Shown piece by piece: positions 59,524 to 64,000 of a stretch of 64,000 nt of DNA (the stretch's first letter is position 1; every line of letters starts with the position of its first letter). Under the pieces are notes generated by a model. The model saw only the letters and a list, made by a program, of their open reading frames with translations. It was not told the DNA's origin and did not search any database. The stretch is from Acidobacteriota bacterium. Lineage in GTDB: Bacteria; Acidobacteriota; UBA890; WLXD01. The position numbers were made by a program, and so were the translations under genes. The stretch covers positions 3,520,001 to 3,584,000 of the forward strand of contig CBDFKD010000002.1 in NCBI GenBank assembly GCA_965248695.1. Reading direction: 5' to 3'.

Positions 59524-59545
59524 AACGTCAAGACGTTCGGACGTT
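59524..59545. promoter_or_regulatory. Putative operator for the RelE-type TA locus
   Basis: AACGTC-AA-GACGTT palindrome plus a third GACGTT half-site about 30-50 nt upstream of the antitoxin. Confidence 0.55.
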
Positions 59546-59594
59546 ATTGCGCACCGCCGCCCGGACGACGCACCGCTGGAGCCCGAAGCTCGGA

Positions 59595-60710
59595 TTACCG
59601 AGCAGCGGCCATCGCCTCGACGAGATGGGCCCCAACTCGCTCGATCTGGCCGTCGGTCATCGAAGCAAACAGCGGAATAGCGAACGTCTCGCGGCAAGCC
59701 TTCTCGGCAACCGGGAAATCGCCTTCGACGTTTCCGAGTCCACGACACGGTTCCGTGAGATGTAGCGGTACCGGGTAGTAGACCGCAGTCGCCACGCCGC
59801 AGGCCTTCAGGTGGCGCTGCACGTTCTCGCGCTGCTCACAGGCGATCACGTAGAGATGATACACGTGCTGCGCGGAGTCCTGCTGCACCGGCAGACGCAG
59901 CCCCTCGACCGAGGCCAGCAACTCGTCGTACAGGCGTGCGCATCTCCGGCGCGCCGCGTTCGCCTCGTCCAGGTAAGGCAGCTTGGCGCGCAGCACTGCT
60001 GCCTGGATGGCGTCGAGGCGACTGTTGTAGCCCAGGAGCTCCGGAACATATTTCTGGCGCCATCCGTGGGTGCGCAGCATCTTCACACGTCCGATCAGGT
60101 CCTCGTCGGCCGACACCACCATGCCGCCGTCGCCGAAGCAGCCGAGTGGCTTGCTCGGGAAGAAGCTGGGGCAACCGACCGTGCCCATGGCGCCGGTCTT
60201 CGCCCCCCTCCACTCCGCACCCATAGCCTGAGCGTTGTCCTCGACCACCTGAAGGCCGTGTGCCGCCGCCAGCGTCAGCAACGCATCCATGTCGGCAGGA
60301 TGACCGTAGAGGTGGACGGGGATCATGGCCTTGGTGCGTTCGGTAATGCGCCGCTCCGCGTCCTCCGCGTCGAGCATGTAGGTATCCGGCAAGACGTCGG
60401 CGAACACCGGGGTTGCGCCCGTGTTCAGTACCGCTTCGGCCGTGGCAAAGAATGTGAATGCCGGCACGATCACCTCGTCGCCGGCTCCAATGTCGAGCGC
60501 CCGAAGAGCAAGCACCAGGGCGTCGGTCCCGTTCCCGACCGCGGCCGCATGGCCCACGCTCAGGTACGCCGCTATGTCGTCTTCCAGAGCGGACACGTTG
60601 GGGCCGAGAATGAACATTCCAGCGTCGATCACGTCGCGCACAGCCGCATCAATCTCGTGCCGGATACCCGCGTAGTCGGCCTTCAAGTCCATCAAAGGGA
60701 TTCGACTCAT
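59595..60710 (-). CDS. DegT/DnrJ PLP aminotransferase (WbpE-like)
   Basis: NGTDAL, EDNAQA, SFFPSKPLGCFGDGG, NSRLDAIQAA. Confidence 0.92.
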   Translation of the reverse strand: MSRIPLMDLKADYAGIRHEIDAAVRDVIDAGMFILGPNVSALEDDIAAYLSVGHAAAVGNGTDALVLALRALDIGAGDEVIVPAFTFFATAEAVLNTGATPVFADVLPDTYMLDAEDAERRITERTKAMIPVHLYGHPADMDALLTLAAAHGLQVVEDNAQAMGAEWRGAKTGAMGTVGCPSFFPSKPLGCFGDGGMVVSADEDLIGRVKMLRTHGWRQKYVPELLGYNSRLDAIQAAVLRAKLPYLDEANAARRRCARLYDELLASVEGLRLPVQQDSAQHVYHLYVIACEQRENVQRHLKACGVATAVYYPVPLHLTEPCRGLGNVEGDFPVAEKACRETFAIPLFASMTDGQIERVGAHLVEAMAAAR

Positions 60711-61309
60711 GGCACTGTCCGGTCAGGAATCAGGGTTCCGTTACTCAACTGATAGGCATGTCCACACTGCTCGCACCGCGCGCCATCGCTAACCGCACCG
60801 AGCGGCAACGGCAACTTGACACCGCATTGGCACATCCAGGCATGGTGTAGCGCCGGTGTTCCGTACACGAGCGCGTGAGCGGGAACGTCATGGGTAACCA
60901 CCGACCCGGCACCGACGAACGCATAGGCACCCAATTCGAGCCCACACACGATCGTCGCGTTGGCGCCAACGGTGGCCCCCCGGCGGATCACGGTCTGACG
61001 GAACTCGTCTTTGCGCGGCACGTGGCTGCGCGGATTGGTCACGTTCGTTAGGACGGCCGACGGGCCCAGGAACACGTCATCCTCTACCAGAACGCCGGTG
61101 TACAGCGAGACGTTGTTCTGGACCTTGACGTTGTCCCCGATCACAACGTTGCGGTCGACGAATACGTTCTGCCCGATATTGCAGTTGTTGCCGATGCGAG
61201 CACTACCCATCACATGGCTGAAGTGCCAGATCTTCGTGCCCGGCCCGATCTCAGCACCTTCATCGACGATGCTTGACGGATGCACAAAGACGTCGCTTGC
61301 CATCGTCAT
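60707..61309 (-). CDS. Hexapeptide N-acetyltransferase (WbpD-like) with C-terminal Cys pairs
   Basis: TKIWHFSH, CNIGQNV, KVQNNVSLY, TNVTNPRS, CQCG..CEQC. Confidence 0.92.
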   Translation of the reverse strand: MTMASDVFVHPSSIVDEGAEIGPGTKIWHFSHVMGSARIGNNCNIGQNVFVDRNVVIGDNVKVQNNVSLYTGVLVEDDVFLGPSAVLTNVTNPRSHVPRKDEFRQTVIRRGATVGANATIVCGLELGAYAFVGAGSVVTHDVPAHALVYGTPALHHAWMCQCGVKLPLPLGAVSDGARCEQCGHAYQLSNGTLIPDRTVP

Positions 61310-62304
61310 CCGTGGCCCACTTCACTCAACCGTACGAGCTCGCCGTTGCGCTCCAGCGACATCTGGCTGGCCTGCAGCACCTTTAGCACACGCAATGCGC
61401 TCGTCCCGTCGGTGAGAGGCTGGGTGCGACTCTCCATGGCACGCAAGAATGCCTTGCACTCGAGTCGCAAGGGTTCCGCCTCTTCGATGAACAACGTCGT
61501 CTCGGCCGTGTGGCGTGCAACCGGCGAGCCATCGGCCCATTCGATGCCCTTGTCGAAGACCTTTAGTTTGCCCTCGCGCATCGTGTCGTCGAACACCGCC
61601 ATCTTGCGGTCGCCGATAACGACGAGCCGTTGCTCTTTGTACGGATGCAGCCAGCTTACGAAGACATGGCTGTTGATTCCGCTGGCGAAGCCGAGGTTGG
61701 TGGTGGTCACGTCGGCAATCTCTGGCTGAAGATAGCTGGATCCGGTTGCACGAACCCACTCAGGCTCATCACCCGCAAGACGCAGGATCAGCGAAATGTC
61801 GTGGGGCGCGAAGCTCCACAAGATGTTCTCTTCGCGGCGGACCTTTCCCAGGTTGAGTCGGTTCGAGTAGATGTACCGGAGGTTGCCGAGATCCCCCCGC
61901 GCCACCACGGCACGTAGCTCCGTGATCGCCGGGTGGTATTCGAGGATGTGACCTACCATCAGGATCCGATCGCGCCGCATGGCTAGTTCGACGAGCTCGC
62001 CACCTTCGGCGTACCGCACCGCGAGGGGCTTCTCTACGAAGACATCCTTGCCGTGATCGAGAGCCGCTTTGACGTGGTCGTAGTGCGCCGCGGCGGGTGT
62101 CGCCACCACAATCGCCTGGATCTGATCGTCGTCCAGCAGTTCTCGATAGCTGTCGGTGGCGCGAGCATCCGGATACAGCGCTGCTTGTTTGGCAAGAGTC
62201 GCCGGGTCCTCGTCACAGATGGCCCGTAGGGCTCCGATCTGATCGAAGTTCCGCAACAGATTCTTGCCCCAGTATCCGCATCCGACAACAGCGACAGTGC
62301 TCAT
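61306..62304 (-). CDS. Gfo/Idh/MocA dehydrogenase (WbpB-like role inferred from context)
   Basis: GCGYWGKNL, VEKPLA, MVGH, WSFAPHD, VSWLHPYK. Confidence 0.9.
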   Translation of the reverse strand: MSTVAVVGCGYWGKNLLRNFDQIGALRAICDEDPATLAKQAALYPDARATDSYRELLDDDQIQAIVVATPAAAHYDHVKAALDHGKDVFVEKPLAVRYAEGGELVELAMRRDRILMVGHILEYHPAITELRAVVARGDLGNLRYIYSNRLNLGKVRREENILWSFAPHDISLILRLAGDEPEWVRATGSSYLQPEIADVTTTNLGFASGINSHVFVSWLHPYKEQRLVVIGDRKMAVFDDTMREGKLKVFDKGIEWADGSPVARHTAETTLFIEEAEPLRLECKAFLRAMESRTQPLTDGTSALRVLKVLQASQMSLERNGELVRLSEVGHG

Positions 62305-62583
62305 GAGCGGCGAATCCTAAGGTCCATTGCTTGCCCGAGGCGCAACCGTCTGGTCCGAGCTGCGGGCCGCTCAGTATAGCTAGTTGGTGCCTTCCGGACG
62401 AGATTGTTCAGAGCGCGACGCGATTCTGAGATCGATGGGGTGGCGGATCATTCGCGTTCAACAGGAACACCACCACGGGTCGTGCGCCTCGCGCTCTGGT
62501 ATTAAACTTCGGCCCGACGTTGCGGCACCTGAGCGTAATCGCGCGCAAGCCCCACCGTACCTCCGACCTGAGGCCCGGTCTTC

Positions 62584-64000
62584 TTGACATCGCTCGATTG
62601 GCTGATCATCGGGCTCTACTTCGGCGGCCTCATTGGGCTCGCTTGGTGGGTTGTTCGCAAGAGCAGCGACACCGTCGACGATTACTTTCTTGCCGGCCGC
62701 AACCTCAGCTGGTGGATCGTCGGAGCGTCGATCTTCGCTTCGAACATCGGCTCCGAGCACCTCGTTGGCTTGGCCGGATCCGGTGCCACCGATGGCGTCG
62801 CCATGGCGCACTACGAGTTGCATGCCTGGTGTCTGCTCGTGCTGGGCTGGCTAATGGTGCCCTTCTACATGCGCTCGAAGATCTTCACCATGCCCGAGTT
62901 CCTCGAGCGGCGGTTCAGTCCGATCAACCGCTGGGTGTTGTCGCTCATCTCGCTAGTGGCCTACGTGCTCACCAAGATCGCCGTGGGGATCTTCGCCGGC
63001 GGCATCGTGTTCTCGGTGTTGCTGCCAGAGCTGAGGCTCGGGCCGCTGGACAGCTTTTGGCTAGGGTCAATCCTGGTTATCGTCTTCACCGGTCTCTACA
63101 CCGTGGTCGGCGGCTTGCGCGCGGTTGCCTATACCGAGGCGCTGCAAACCGTCGTCCTCGTGCTCGGGTCGGCGCTGGTCACCGCCTACGGCCTCAGCGC
63201 GCTCGGCGGCTGGGGGGCGCTGCGCGATATCGCCGGCACCGAGATGTTCAACCTCTGGAAACCGATCGTCCCGGAAGGCGTCATCGGCACCTGGGCGCCC
63301 GTGCTGGAGACCAACGCCGCCGGCCAGGTCGTGCGCCAGGCCTGGTACTTCAACGACAACTACCCGTGGCTGAGCATGCTGTTCTGCGCTCCGGTGGCGG
63401 GGCTTTGGTACTGGTGCACCGACCAGTACATCGTGCAGCGTGCTCTCGGCGCGCCCAGCGAGCAGGAAGCACGCCGCGGCAGCATCTTCGCTGCCGTGCT
63501 CAAGCTGCTGCCGGTGTTCATCTTCATCATCCCGGGCATCATCGCCTTCGCACTCGCGAGCAGCGGCGCGGCCCCCGAGCTCCAGCGTCAGCTGCTCGAT
63601 GCCGACGGCAACGTGATTCGTGAGCAAGCGCAGAAGGCGTTCCCCTTGCTAGTAGCCACCGTGCTGCCGGCCGGCATCCGCGGCATCGTCGTCGCGGGTT
63701 TGCTGGCCGCCCTCATGAGCTCTCTGGCCGGTGTCTTCAACGCCTCGGCCACCCTGTTCACCATGGATTTCTACAAGAAGCTCCACCCCGGGGTCTCTGA
63801 GCACCGCCTCGTGTGGATTGGCCGCGTGGCGACCGGGGTCATGGTGCTGGTCGGACTGGCCTGGATTCCCGTCATCCAGGGCGGCCGAGGCCTCTACGAC
63901 TATCTGCAAGGTGTGCAGGCGTACCTCGCCCCGCCCATCTTCGTCGTCTTCTTCTTCGGCGTCTTCTTCAAGCGACTCAACGCGAACGGCTGTCTCGCGG
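62584..64000 (+). CDS. Sodium:solute symporter (SLC5/vSGLT-like), runs off window end
   Basis: Not in ORF track; manual translation from TTG: LDWLIIGLYF..DYFLAGRNL..ASIFASNIGSEHLVGLAG..WYWCTDQYIVQR. Confidence 0.92.
   Translation, partial: MTSLDWLIIGLYFGGLIGLAWWVVRKSSDTVDDYFLAGRNLSWWIVGASIFASNIGSEHLVGLAGSGATDGVAMAHYELHAWCLLVLGWLMVPFYMRSKIFTMPEFLERRFSPINRWVLSLISLVAYVLTKIAVGIFAGGIVFSVLLPELRLGPLDSFWLGSILVIVFTGLYTVVGGLRAVAYTEALQTVVLVLGSALVTAYGLSALGGWGALRDIAGTEMFNLWKPIVPEGVIGTWAPVLETNAAGQVVRQAWYFNDNYPWLSMLFCAPVAGLWYWCTDQYIVQRALGAPSEQEARRGSIFAAVLKLLPVFIFIIPGIIAFALASSGAAPELQRQLLDADGNVIREQAQKAFPLLVATVLPAGIRGIVVAGLLAALMSSLAGVFNASATLFTMDFYKKLHPGVSEHRLVWIGRVATGVMVLVGLAWIPVIQGGRGLYDYLQGVQAYLAPPIFVVFFFGVFFKRLNANGCLA

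Noticed and set aside
1-64000. CRISPR arrays, rRNA, tRNA, integrases and transposases
   Set aside because: None detected by reading; no regularly spaced repeats or corresponding protein motifs.

Overview
High-GC bacterial chromosomal segment, probably Acidobacteriota-like (inferred from an ADOP duplicated permease, a GWxTD-type protein and a VVVNWFDELRRL tail), densely coding. It is rich in secreted hydrolases (M12, M55, M28, two M48, two SxxK serine hydrolases, two amidohydrolases, tricorn S41, an alpha/beta hydrolase). It also carries a MacAB-like exporter, recQ, an FKBP PPIase, fadE, a PQQ dehydrogenase, an FMN alpha-hydroxy acid dehydrogenase, mscS, addAB, ppsA, a wbpBDE-like sugar cassette, a partial Na+/solute symporter and three type II toxin-antitoxin loci (one with a deleted toxin). 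No rRNA, tRNA, CRISPR array or transposase was seen. The most notable signals are two copies of a modular CTAG-bounded MITE-like element, an AddB lacking all four Fe-S cysteines, a signal-peptide-bearing DEDD exonuclease, a coupled pair of paralogous unknown lipoproteins, a sigma54-type promoter before a Gly/Tyr/His/Cys-rich lipoprotein, and three deletion-junction remnants. Several single-site frameshifts of mixed sign look like long-read indel errors. All family calls are motif recognition by eye, with no database searches.
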